A DNA stretch of 64,000 nucleotides from Cyanophyceae cyanobacterium (GTDB lineage Bacteria > Cyanobacteriota > Cyanobacteriia > Cyanobacteriales > Laspinemataceae). The notes under the pieces were generated by a model that worked only from the letters and a program-made list of their open reading frames with translations, made no database searches and had not been told where the DNA came from. Made by a program: the position numbers and the translations under genes. Position 1 is the first letter of the stretch. Each line of letters starts with the position of its first letter. Shown one piece after another: positions 33,293 to 42,725 of this stretch. Location of the stretch: positions 167,806 to 231,805 of the forward strand of contig JBBQFN010000005.1 of NCBI GenBank assembly GCA_038321985.1, in the 5' to 3' direction.

Positions 33293-33802
33293 CTAGATTG
33301 CTTCGTCAGTAGATTTTTTTTGAGTCGCGACTGATTCAATGATATCCCCCAGCATTAATGATGTGTAATTAAAGAGAGTGACAACTTCAGCGGTGGCTTC
33401 TTCTGCTAGTAGGTTAGCCGCCGGTAAGGTTTGAATATAACGGTGATGGATCTTGGGCTTATCCGCTGTGATGCTGAAATGACCCAAGACACTTTTGTTG
33501 TTTACTTCTAAAAGAAGTTTATAAACTTCGGGATAGGCTTGGGGGTGAATTTCAAAGGGAAGTTCTAGGAAATATTGTAACAAGAGGATATTTTGTGTAT
33601 CTTCCTCATTTAAAGGGTAGAAGGTACAAGCCATCTCCCGAACGCGATCGGCAGAATCATGATCCAATTGAGCTACCAGAGTATGATAGGGAATTTCAGG
33701 CGATCGCTCGATCAACTCAGCCGGATATCCCAACCCTTGAATAATCTCTTGGAGATACCCTAACTCAACTAAATGCCGAGCATAAATTGCTTCTAAGTTC
33801 AT
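33293..33802 (-). CDS. Hypothetical acidic protein, possibly YbjN/CesT-like chaperone or immunity protein
   Basis: 169 aa; start abuts the DUF4157 stop; alpha/beta pattern LL.EVN....LGHF.I and a C-terminal amphipathic helix. Confidence 0.6.
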   Translation of the reverse strand: MNLEAIYARHLVELGYLQEIIQGLGYPAELIERSPEIPYHTLVAQLDHDSADRVREMACTFYPLNEEDTQNILLLQYFLELPFEIHPQAYPEVYKLLLEVNNKSVLGHFSITADKPKIHHRYIQTLPAANLLAEEATAEVVTLFNYTSLMLGDIIESVATQKKSTDEAI

Positions 33803-36601
33803 CTAAAACTCCCGCTTGTACAATGATTTGAGAATCAAGGATGCTTGTTCATTAGGTTTCCCATTCAGACGATAGAGTGCCTTGGGTTCGCATCCGGTGG
33901 CGTGAATAAATAGTTCCACCCTAGCGCTGGACACCCGGAATTGTTCCAGTTTGCTCGCCTTATCTGCCGGTAAATCTCCAGGCAGAGGAATATGAGCGTT
34001 CAGTTTATTCACCATTTTAAAGATAGTGCCGGTATGTCGTTTCCGTTCCTGCAACTTGGCTATATCTGATTTATTGGCATTAAACAGCCATTGAGAAAAT
34101 GTCCCCGTTTCTCCCTTAGCTTGACCTTCTGCGGCTTTCTTCCGACCATATTGTTTTAAAGATCGCAAGAAAGGCAGACTGAGATCAACCCCCGCTGCAC
34201 TTGCTTTCAGCGCGACCCCAGCTGTTGCCCCAACCCCTGTTAAGTTAGCAATACTGCCTGCAATTTTAACAGCATCAGAACTCAGGTGAATCGATTGGCG
34301 AATAATCCGCTTTTGGTTACCTGACGTAAGTTCATCCGCTAGATCCACTTCTTCAATATCTTCCTGACTTAGCCCAGTCCCCGTTGCATAAGCAGCCATT
34401 GTCCCTTGCTTAGTCGCAATCTTTGTTGCGGCGTCATTAATCTTCGGGGCAGTGATGTTAACTTTATCTTGTAACTCCGCTTTTTCTTTGATGATTCCTG
34501 AGCGGAATAGAGTACCATTGAGCCGATCATTAATCACCTCAATCTCTTTTTGTTTCGTGTTAATTTGGCTAGAGTGAAGTTTAATCGCCTGCTGATTGGC
34601 TTTTATGCCTGCTTGATCGGGAGTTTTGCCAGCTTGGAGCTTTGTATTTTGTTGCTCCAAATTCAATTTATCCGCTTCGAGTTGCTGCCGTTCAGTTTCT
34701 AGTATCTGTTTTTTATTTTCTAATTCAGTTTGTTCTGTAGACAGTTGAGTAATAGCTTGCTGGCGAGATTGATTTTTTGCTTCTTTAGCACTTTTACGGG
34801 TTTCCAGGTTGGTGATTTCAGCTCTTTGGGTAGCATATTCTTTTTTCGCGGTACTGATTTTTGTTTGATCGCCTTTCCCTCCGGCTTCTAACCCTTTAAT
34901 AAGATCCGATGAGGCCGTTCGCATTTTACTCCAGTGGTAAGCTGATGTCGCCAGATAATAGCTTTCCATGATCATCTTGACGGCATTGATGGCAATATCC
35001 AGTCCAGGAACAGCATCAGCCAAACCCCCAACCGGGCCATTAAAAATTTCAATAAAGCTCTTAATGCTGTCCACGACCCCTTTTGCGGTTGACAAAGCAC
35101 CGGAAATAATCTCCGAGCCCACTTTGGCATACTCGGGCTTACCAAATTTCTCGTCACTCGACCACATTTTAATAAGGTCAATCACACTTTTAATCGTCTT
35201 AACCGCTCCTCCCAATGTTTCAAAGGCGCTGGCAAAACTACCACTCCAGCCACTAGCCTCTTTAGCCTTCGTAGCCCCAGTAGACCCGCTTTCTGAGGCG
35301 GATGAAATTATCCCACTGATTCCAGCGGTAGCTTTACCGGAATTGACAATGATTCCATTCCAAATCATGTCAACCCAATCCCCGAGTTCTTTCTTACTCC
35401 CCACAAAACCTTTAATAGATAAAGCCATCCCCAGAAGGCCCCCTGCGGTTCCTAAAGACCCAGAAGAAATGTCAACATCCGTCGTGCTGGTCTCTTTCTT
35501 TTCCATTTCTTTGCTGAAGCTATCTAGGCTATCCTTGCTGACACTGATGGCTGAATCATTAAATCCTCCTAAGAGGTCAACTTCATTTTCAGGATTTTCA
35601 GCATTTCCAACCGTAATCCCTTGGAAAATTTTAGTGGCTCTAATATACCCATCTCCTTGAGCATTGCGATACCATTCAATTTTTCCGTCTACCTGAATAT
35701 GATCGCTATCATTATCACTAATTTCAACCAATGTCCCGGGGGCAATATTAGCTCCTACTGTCCCTTTATCTTTCCCATCAACAATCTTGTGGAGACGAGT
35801 TTTAGCGCTGAGGACCATACCCTTGCGTTGCACCAAAAAGGTTGAAGTTTGTAGGGATTGATGCGCTGCTGAGATAAGAGGGGTATTACTTTGGCGCTGC
35901 ACTGTGGGGCTGCTGCCCTGTTGAATGGTGTGAGTCAGTTCGTGAGCGAGTAATTCTTTACCGCTTGAACTACTAGGATTATATTCTCCCTGCTTAAAAA
36001 AGATATTGTTTCCTGTAGTAAAAGCACGAGCGCTTAGGGAACGGTTGAGGGTGTCAGCCGTGTTATTAGTATGAACTCTAATGCTACTGAAGTCAGCGCC
36101 AAAGGCCCCTTCCATCTGGCGACGAATTGGTTCCCCTAGAGGTTTTCCACTGCTTCTGGCTTGACTAATGGTGCTTTCCAGGTCTGATGAAGCTGCGCCT
36201 CCCTCTACGGCTTCCCAGCGTTGCACCGTCAGTCTCATGATTGAAGGTGTGGAGAACATTTGACGCTGCACAGAACCCCCACCTCCGTTCGGATTTGGCG
36301 GTGTGGAGGTACTAATTTGTTTGACGACTTTTCGAGCAATGGTATCGGCTTCTTGCTCGTATTTATCGTCCGGTGCGCCGATCGCCAGTTTCGGTTGGAT
36401 GGGTGGGGGTGTAGAAACATCGATGCGCGAGAGGCGGCTTCCCGTGACTTGTCCCGGTTCTGCTTTTGTTTGTAATTCCGGTGCGTTTGCTGCTTCGGGT
36501 TCGGGGGGCATCCCAAAAGGACGGGGTTTGAACATCCCCTTGGCAGAAGTCGGTGTGGCGCTCGATGGTCCTTTTTTCTGAATCTGCCGTCCGGTTGCCA
36601 T
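33803..36601 (-). CDS. DUF4157 (eCIS core) protein with SH3-like segment and hydrophobic/coiled-coil C-terminus; putative eCIS effector
   Basis: QPKL.IG.P.DKYEQEAD, FGADFSSIRVH, ARAFTTG..IFF..GEYNP, LLAHELTH..QQ; repeated VQR motifs. Confidence 0.88.
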   Translation of the reverse strand: MATGRQIQKKGPSSATPTSAKGMFKPRPFGMPPEPEAANAPELQTKAEPGQVTGSRLSRIDVSTPPPIQPKLAIGAPDDKYEQEADTIARKVVKQISTSTPPNPNGGGGSVQRQMFSTPSIMRLTVQRWEAVEGGAASSDLESTISQARSSGKPLGEPIRRQMEGAFGADFSSIRVHTNNTADTLNRSLSARAFTTGNNIFFKQGEYNPSSSSGKELLAHELTHTIQQGSSPTVQRQSNTPLISAAHQSLQTSTFLVQRKGMVLSAKTRLHKIVDGKDKGTVGANIAPGTLVEISDNDSDHIQVDGKIEWYRNAQGDGYIRATKIFQGITVGNAENPENEVDLLGGFNDSAISVSKDSLDSFSKEMEKKETSTTDVDISSGSLGTAGGLLGMALSIKGFVGSKKELGDWVDMIWNGIIVNSGKATAGISGIISSASESGSTGATKAKEASGWSGSFASAFETLGGAVKTIKSVIDLIKMWSSDEKFGKPEYAKVGSEIISGALSTAKGVVDSIKSFIEIFNGPVGGLADAVPGLDIAINAVKMIMESYYLATSAYHWSKMRTASSDLIKGLEAGGKGDQTKISTAKKEYATQRAEITNLETRKSAKEAKNQSRQQAITQLSTEQTELENKKQILETERQQLEADKLNLEQQNTKLQAGKTPDQAGIKANQQAIKLHSSQINTKQKEIEVINDRLNGTLFRSGIIKEKAELQDKVNITAPKINDAATKIATKQGTMAAYATGTGLSQEDIEEVDLADELTSGNQKRIIRQSIHLSSDAVKIAGSIANLTGVGATAGVALKASAAGVDLSLPFLRSLKQYGRKKAAEGQAKGETGTFSQWLFNANKSDIAKLQERKRHTGTIFKMVNKLNAHIPLPGDLPADKASKLEQFRVSSARVELFIHATGCEPKALYRLNGKPNEQASLILKSLYKREF

Positions 36602-36671
36602 AGTCTCGCCTCAGCGATCGCATTGATAGAGTATTTTGGCTACTATTTCATGAAAGGGTAAATTAGGTCTA

Positions 36672-36687
36672 TTCGACTAAGGTCTAG
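36672..36687. promoter_or_regulatory. Putative regulator-binding palindrome upstream of the DUF4157 gene
   Basis: TTCGAC-TAAG-GTCTAG; a near-identical box lies at 47343. Confidence 0.5.
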
Positions 36688-36736
36688 ATTACTAACCACT
36701 GATTACTAACCACTGATTACACTGATTTTCACAGAT
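36687..36736 (+). repeat. CACWGATT-periodic repeat, copy 1
   Basis: GATTACTAACCACT x2, then GATTACACTGATTTTCACAGAT. Confidence 0.8.
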
Positions 36737-36763
36737 GGGGAGAGGGGCACGGAGTGGGAGGGG

Positions 36764-37135
36764 TTAGAGGATTAGAAGTTTGATTTTTAGGCTGGGTTCG
36801 CCGAAGTTTAGGAGGAGTCCAAGGCGGAGGCGGTTGCCTTTTAAGTAGTTGATGACTTGGGCTTGGAAGTTATTGTTTAAAGTTTGAACGGCTTTGGCTT
36901 CGATAATGATTTGGTTATAGCAGAGGAAATCGGCTTTAAAGGTTCGGATTAAAGGGATTCCTTTATAATAGACGGGAATCGGTGCTTCTCGAATATAAGG
37001 AATATCTCGCTGTTGAAACTCGATTTCTAAGGCATCCTTATAAACAATCTCTAAAAAGCCCGGTCCTAACTCCCGATGCCCTTCTTGCGCTGCGCCAATA
37101 ATCTGATAAGTTTGCTCCTCAAACAAATAACTCAT
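36764..37135 (-). CDS. GxxExxY family protein (PD-(D/E)XK nuclease-like)
   Basis: LGPGFLEIVY (GxxExxY), ADF....IIIEAK, QVINYLK, GLLLNFG. Confidence 0.92.
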   Translation of the reverse strand: MSYLFEEQTYQIIGAAQEGHRELGPGFLEIVYKDALEIEFQQRDIPYIREAPIPVYYKGIPLIRTFKADFLCYNQIIIEAKAVQTLNNNFQAQVINYLKGNRLRLGLLLNFGEPSLKIKLLIL

Positions 37136-37173
37136 CAGGAATTCTTTCCTATAATCAATTTGGAAAAAATTAT

Positions 37174-37244
37174 ACCACAGATTACACAGATTACACAGAT
37201 TTTCCTGATAATTTCTTCTGTGAAAATCTGTGTAATCTGTGGTT
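37174..37244. repeat. CACAGATT-periodic inverted pair (copies 2 and 3) forming a long hairpin
   Basis: ACCACAGATTACACAGATTACACAGATTTTC ... CTGTGAAAATCTGTGTAATCTGTGGTT. Confidence 0.85.
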
Positions 37245-39256
37245 CAAATCCACCCTTTCACTTCCATATCTGTCAAGGGTCTTTCTAATTTCATATATTC
37301 ACTTTTTGACGCTTCTAAAATATGTTTCATCATGACGGGTTCGTTAGCGTCGGCGGCAATAAAGGCGGAGTTTAAAGCAATATTGCGGATGTTTCCTCCA
37401 GCGACGTTGAGTTTACCGAGTTTGGGATAGTTTAAGCCTTGGGTTGGGGTTTGTTTGGGGAAGATGCGTCGCCAAATTTCTTCCCGTTGATTGGCGTCGG
37501 GAAAGGGGAATTGGATGACGAACCGGATGCGGCGGAGGAAGGCTTGATCTAAGGAACTTTTGAGGTTGGTGGTGAGGATGGCTAATCCGCGATAGGCTTC
37601 CATGCGTTGCAGGAGGTAGGCGACTTCGATGTTGGCATGGCGATCGTGAGAGTCTTTGACTTCGCTACGTTTGCCAAATAAGGCGTCGGCTTCGTCGAAG
37701 AGGAGGATGGACCCGCCTGCTTCGGCGGAGTCAAAGACTCGGCGCAGGTTTTTCTCGGTTTCTCCGATATATTTACTAATGATGGAACTTAGATCGATGC
37801 GATACAGATCTAGGTGCAGTTCTTGGGCGATAATATCGGCGGCCATTGTTTTGCCGGTTCCGCTGGCACCAGAAAAGAGGGCAGTGATGCCTAATCCTCG
37901 GCCACTTTTGCCGCCAAATCCCCAGGTTTCGTAAACTTTGGCCCGTTGTCGCACATGGGCGATGATTTCGCGGAGGGTATCTTGTTGGATGTCAGGGAGT
38001 ACGAGGTCATCCCACTGGCTGCCGGATTCGATCCGTTGGGCGAGGTCTTCCATACGCGATCGCGCCTGAACTCGGCAAGTCTCCCACAGTTGGCTGCCGA
38101 AGTCGTTGCCGTTGTCGCTGGCGATCTTGTTGGTTCCTTTGGTTTTGAGGCAGGCGGCACGGATGGCGGGGGCGCTTAAGCTAAAATGGGAGACTAAGGT
38201 TTCAATGTGACCGTTTAAGCGCGCAGCGTCAGCACCGAGGGTATTCTTCCAGAGTTCCCGTTGTTCCTGGGATGAGGGTTGTTCGACTTCAAAGGTGATT
38301 AAGGGACGTTGCCGGGGATGGCGGCGATCGCGACTGGTAATCAGTAAGGGATTATCATAGTTTTCGATAATTCTGGCGATCGCACTTTCTCGGGCGACAT
38401 CATTGCTATCAACTTCATCACAGTCTAATAGCAAGGCGCTGTTATTTAAAAATGCCTCTCTCTCCCATAACCGCATCAATTCCGTGATTTCCCCCAAGGC
38501 GATGGGAATGACATCCCCTGCCATGACGTGCAGATTCCACCCAATCGCACTACAAACAGCCGTGGCGATCGCTCGTTTACTGGCGACATCACTGCCACAT
38601 AATTGGACAATGGGCACTTTGTCCATCTCTTCACTCACCAGCATTCCCGCCACCTGTTCCGCCAACTGGCGATGGGATCCACATAAACGCTCCATTTCCC
38701 CAACCTGAATGGGGATACGGGAGACTGCTGCCACCAACCGTTCATCGGGATGTTCTATCCCGACCAAATAATGCAACACCCGTTCATCAATTCTCAGGGG
38801 ACTCTGGGTGAGTGCATTCCCCACCCCAATCTCAATCAAGCGCCAACGCCGCAATCCTCCCACAGGCGTTAGTGCTATCCAATTTGGTGACGGTAAGATA
38901 TCTAAAGCCAGATTAAACGTAGGATATTGAGCTTGAGCATCCCCTTGTGCTGTAGCACAGAGTGTTCTCCAAGTGCCATCTAGTTCCATCCCCGCACATA
39001 ACAGCAGGATATCGCGCTCAAAACTAGATAAACCAAAACGTTCGACCAGTTCGTCTAAACTCGGTGGCGTCTGTAAATCCCAAGTAATTGCCTGTTCCTT
39101 CCCCAAAAAGAATTCTGTTGTATCAAAATCCGCCTCTGGATTCAGCCGTTGGATGTGAAGCTGTAAATAGGAACGAACCCGGGCGATCGCCCTCATCAAA
39201 TACTCTTGATTAGCGATCGCCCAAGTTTTAGTCTGATTCCCTTTGACTCCCGACAT
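37244..39256 (-). CDS. eCIS-type AAA+ ATPase (Afp15/Pvc15-like)
   Basis: F.LS.FERD.LLL N-terminus, WDDLVLP, ALFSGASGTGKT, SKYIGETEKNL, LLFDEADALFGKR, DRHAN.EV.YLLQRME. Confidence 0.9.
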   Translation of the reverse strand: MSGVKGNQTKTWAIANQEYLMRAIARVRSYLQLHIQRLNPEADFDTTEFFLGKEQAITWDLQTPPSLDELVERFGLSSFERDILLLCAGMELDGTWRTLCATAQGDAQAQYPTFNLALDILPSPNWIALTPVGGLRRWRLIEIGVGNALTQSPLRIDERVLHYLVGIEHPDERLVAAVSRIPIQVGEMERLCGSHRQLAEQVAGMLVSEEMDKVPIVQLCGSDVASKRAIATAVCSAIGWNLHVMAGDVIPIALGEITELMRLWEREAFLNNSALLLDCDEVDSNDVARESAIARIIENYDNPLLITSRDRRHPRQRPLITFEVEQPSSQEQRELWKNTLGADAARLNGHIETLVSHFSLSAPAIRAACLKTKGTNKIASDNGNDFGSQLWETCRVQARSRMEDLAQRIESGSQWDDLVLPDIQQDTLREIIAHVRQRAKVYETWGFGGKSGRGLGITALFSGASGTGKTMAADIIAQELHLDLYRIDLSSIISKYIGETEKNLRRVFDSAEAGGSILLFDEADALFGKRSEVKDSHDRHANIEVAYLLQRMEAYRGLAILTTNLKSSLDQAFLRRIRFVIQFPFPDANQREEIWRRIFPKQTPTQGLNYPKLGKLNVAGGNIRNIALNSAFIAADANEPVMMKHILEASKSEYMKLERPLTDMEVKGWI

Positions 39257-39481
39257 TTACCCCCCAAGTTCTTTAATCAAATTTTCCAAATAACTCTGAG
39301 CTTCCTCTGGACTCATCATCAATGCTTCACCCTTCCGCAAGACTTCATACTTGCCCCCCCGATATCCATGTCCAACAATCAACCCTAATTCCACCGCCCG
39401 ATTTCCCAACTCATTCAACTGATTAATACTAATCATATCAACCTCTTGATTCAACCGTTTTTTCAACTCTTCTTCATTCAT
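39257..39481 (-). CDS. Small hypothetical protein in the eCIS ATPase operon
   Basis: 74 aa; stop abuts the ATPase start. Confidence 0.65.
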   Translation of the reverse strand: MNEEELKKRLNQEVDMISINQLNELGNRAVELGLIVGHGYRGGKYEVLRKGEALMMSPEEAQSYLENLIKELGG

Positions 39482-39564
39482 AATTCTTTTTGTCCTCTGT
39501 TATTGGTCTTTCATTCTAATCCCTCAATCATCTCAACCCATCCAATTAATCCTCCCAATCCCTT

Positions 39565-39593
39565 CCGTGAAAATCAGTGAAATCAGTGGTTAA
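39565..39593 (-). repeat. CACWGATT-periodic repeat, copy 4 (inverted)
   Basis: CCGTGAAAATCAGTGAAATCAGTGGTTAA is the near reverse complement of copy 1. Confidence 0.75.
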
Positions 39594-39602
39594 AACTCCC
39601 CC

Positions 39603-40943
39603 TCACCGAATCACCATCTTAGGCTCAGTATAACGATTAAAATGAGGACTATTCGGATCTGCATCCACATTCAGGATACTTTCTGCCCCCTCCACCTGTA
39701 ACCGAACCAAATACTCTCCTGGTTTAACATTTTTAACCGGAATGGTTACCAACATCCCATCGCGATGGCGGTTTGCGGCTTCAAACATATAGGCAGCCGG
39801 GTTCTTTATTGATTTTTCATTCAGAACTAAGACAATCCGTTGCTGTTTGCCCAAAGTCAGATTCACCCGCACCTTAATTTGAGCCGATCGCACTTCTTCC
39901 TCCTTTCCTTCTAACTTAGAAACCGTCACCTTAGTTACCACCGGACGTAAAATAAAGGGAACGGCATTCGATTCTAACCGTTGAGAAAATACTATCGGTT
40001 TGGATAAGGTTTGAGTCGCAGTTTCATAAGTTGATTCTCCGTGCCATCCGTTGCCATTGCCTCCCCTCGATTCAGTAGAAATATGATGGATAACTTGTAA
40101 ACTTTGTACCCCGGCTTTTAAAGACTGCTCCGGGGTTAAGGAAAGAGGAACCCATAGCTCAGTTTCGCTGATGGATTGGGGGGTAATTTCTACGCCATTA
40201 ATCCGCACTGTTGTACTTTGGCTATTCAGGTTTTTGCCGCGAATTAGTAGGGTACTATCAGCCAGAATGGGGTCAAATTTTCCTGAACGAGAGACCACTT
40301 GTTCTACCAACGGGCGATTGAAAAAGGGAATAACGCCACTGAGGGCACCTTCGCGTACGGGTAAAGCTCGGTAAGCGGATTCTTCTCCTTCAATCATTAC
40401 CACCGTTGCTTTATATACTAATGATATACTATAAGGCGTTTGAAAAAATACTGACCAAACTTTTGATAAATCTTCCAAGGATAAATCCATCGGACTAAAG
40501 CAAATTTCTTCGCTTTGATCCCCTAAGTTGGAATCGGTTAAATAGGGATAACTAGAATCAGCCAGGGTTTCGTAAATGGTTTCGCGGGTCAAGGTGGTGC
40601 GATCGCTCAAAATTTTGACCACACTGCCTAAGAGTCGTTGCGGTTCTAATTCTGTTTCATTGCCGTAGAAACTGAGAATATAATGTAAATCTAATGCCGT
40701 CCGGGATTTCTTCGCCCCAGCATCCCGGGTACTCCGCATTCGGACTTCCGCATTCTTTTGCCACACGGGATTGAGGGAAACTTGGTACATATAGAGGTTG
40801 ACCCCCTTTTCGGGAGTCCCGCTGCCTAAATTATTAGGGCGAACGGTGGTGACTCGCGCCCCATCTAAATCTAATTGAACGGAAGACTGTAACATCCGTT
40901 GTAAACAGGCTGTTACGGTGGCAATAGCCAGATAATTGCTCAT
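39603..40943 (-). CDS. DUF4255 (Pvc16/Afp16-like) protein with C-terminal Ig/IPT-like domains
   Basis: MSNYLAIATVT..L, VNLYMYQV..N, LDLHY.LSFYG, LSKVWS.F..PY.IS..Y.A. Confidence 0.85.
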   Translation of the reverse strand: MSNYLAIATVTACLQRMLQSSVQLDLDGARVTTVRPNNLGSGTPEKGVNLYMYQVSLNPVWQKNAEVRMRSTRDAGAKKSRTALDLHYILSFYGNETELEPQRLLGSVVKILSDRTTLTRETIYETLADSSYPYLTDSNLGDQSEEICFSPMDLSLEDLSKVWSVFFQTPYSISLVYKATVVMIEGEESAYRALPVREGALSGVIPFFNRPLVEQVVSRSGKFDPILADSTLLIRGKNLNSQSTTVRINGVEITPQSISETELWVPLSLTPEQSLKAGVQSLQVIHHISTESRGGNGNGWHGESTYETATQTLSKPIVFSQRLESNAVPFILRPVVTKVTVSKLEGKEEEVRSAQIKVRVNLTLGKQQRIVLVLNEKSIKNPAAYMFEAANRHRDGMLVTIPVKNVKPGEYLVRLQVEGAESILNVDADPNSPHFNRYTEPKMVIR

Positions 40944-41549
40944 ATTATTATGCACTCTGGGCTGATAGTAAAATGAGAATTGCGTCAAGAAAGATTGGGG
41001 CTTTCAATTGTTAAACGAGAGCGGTTTAATCGCGAGGGAGTAAATTGGGTGAAACTCTGGGATGGAGTTTAACACAACGGCGGGTTAGATTTTTGAAGAA
41101 AATAAGAGATTAATTTTCTCATGATAACCGTTGGAGAGGGGGCGGGGCTAAAACTTAAACAAAGTTTAAATTTTGGATATTCTGGGAAATTTAAGATAAA
41201 CTTTTCCCAAAGATGCTGGATTGTTCCTTAGGGTTCGCTCATTTTTAATTGAGTTAGTGAGATGGCCTACGAGTGAAGAGGGTTAAAGACTTTTCCAACA
41301 AAGATTGACAAAAGCCATTTTTTGTGTATTTCAGGCCGCAGTTACTGGTTTGTTCTCCGCAAGGTAGCCTAAGCCCACAAAGAGTAAGCTGTTGCGTCTT
41401 TAATTCACCCCTTGAGGAGGAGAGAACCCTACCAATTTGTGCGTTCTGATGCAGAACCAGGGAAGGAAGAAAAGAGCGGAAGGACATTCATGCGATCGCT
41501 CCCCTTTGACCAGGCAGCAGACAAACCGACTTTAAAATTAATAACCCGA

Positions 41550-42626
41550 ATGACATCGCCAAATCCAAATCACCCAACTGCTTCAGTACCCGTGATCACA
41601 GACCCTACCGTCCTCAAAGAAGCGATGCTGACCAGTTTTAATCAAAGACTGGAAACCGTTGGCGAATTGATTATGCCCGGAGTGCCAGCAATGGGAGAGT
41701 ATTATCGCCATCGGATTGGTTCCCTATTCGATAGTCTAGCCATCCCTTTTCAACAAGCGGAACGAAATCAACTCTATCAAATCCTGGACAAAAAGTTAGA
41801 AGAGGGATTTGCCTTATCCCCCCATGCTCGCCTCAGACTCAAGTACCATCCCGCAGAACCCCCAAAAACAGGATTAACCTTTGAATTTTCCGTCTCGATC
41901 TTATCCGATATCGAGGAATATCAGGAATGGATGAACCAAAACGAACAGCCCTGGTTTGGCATGAGTCCTGATGCGAAAGTTCTCGATATTGCCCAATTAG
42001 CGGAAGACCCAACGATAGCCTCTATCTTAGATATTGGGGCAGCAACTGGACGCAATACCTTTGCCTTGGCGCAACGGGGTCATCCCGTGGATGCTTTGGA
42101 ATTAGTGCCAGCCTATGGCGATCGCCTCCAACAGATTGCCGAACAAACCGGATTACCCGTCACCGTGACCCCTGGAGATATTTTTGATCCCCTGGTTCGG
42201 ATGCCCTTGAGACAGTATCAACTGGCGATCGCCACCGAAACCCTTCCCCTATTTTGTTTTGATAGCGATCGCCTGCGCCTGTTCCTCGTGAAAATGTGCG
42301 ACGTCCTCCAGACCGATGGTTTCCTGCTATTTAGCCTGTTTCTCGCCGCCGAAGACTACGAACCAGACCCCGTAACCCGCCAAATGTCACAAGTTAACTG
42401 GTCCTGCCTATTCACGCGATCGGACCTCGCCCATGCAGTGGCTGGATTGCCCCTAGAACTGGTTTCCGAGGAGTCCTGGATCGAATATGAACAAACCCAT
42501 CGCCCCGAAGAAACCTGGCCTCTTCATGAATCCTTTCTCAACTGGGCAACCGGACGGGAATTATTACTCACCCCCCCCGACCAAACTGCGATGGAATTGC
42601 GCTGGATTCTGTACAAACGCTTGTAA
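41550..42626 (+). CDS. Class I SAM-dependent methyltransferase, paralogue 1
   Basis: ILDIGAATGRN, VDALEL, GDIF; start placed to match paralogue length (ORF open from 41412). Confidence 0.85.
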   Translation: MTSPNPNHPTASVPVITDPTVLKEAMLTSFNQRLETVGELIMPGVPAMGEYYRHRIGSLFDSLAIPFQQAERNQLYQILDKKLEEGFALSPHARLRLKYHPAEPPKTGLTFEFSVSILSDIEEYQEWMNQNEQPWFGMSPDAKVLDIAQLAEDPTIASILDIGAATGRNTFALAQRGHPVDALELVPAYGDRLQQIAEQTGLPVTVTPGDIFDPLVRMPLRQYQLAIATETLPLFCFDSDRLRLFLVKMCDVLQTDGFLLFSLFLAAEDYEPDPVTRQMSQVNWSCLFTRSDLAHAVAGLPLELVSEESWIEYEQTHRPEETWPLHESFLNWATGRELLLTPPDQTAMELRWILYKRL

Positions 42627-42725
42627 CTCCCCTGAACATCCTCTATTCCCACCCTGTAATAGTTTTTCCAAACCCAGATTCAGTCTGTTCAACTCTGTGC
42701 AAACCCTTGTAGCCCCCTCCCCCTC

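Noticed and set aside
34968..35660. 230-aa + strand ORF, and similar short overlapping ORFs across the window
   Set aside because: Antisense or out-of-frame shadows of well-supported genes, with no recognisable motifs.
36687..37244. CRISPR array
   Set aside because: Units are 9-14 bp, abut without unique spacers, occur in both orientations, and there are no cas genes.
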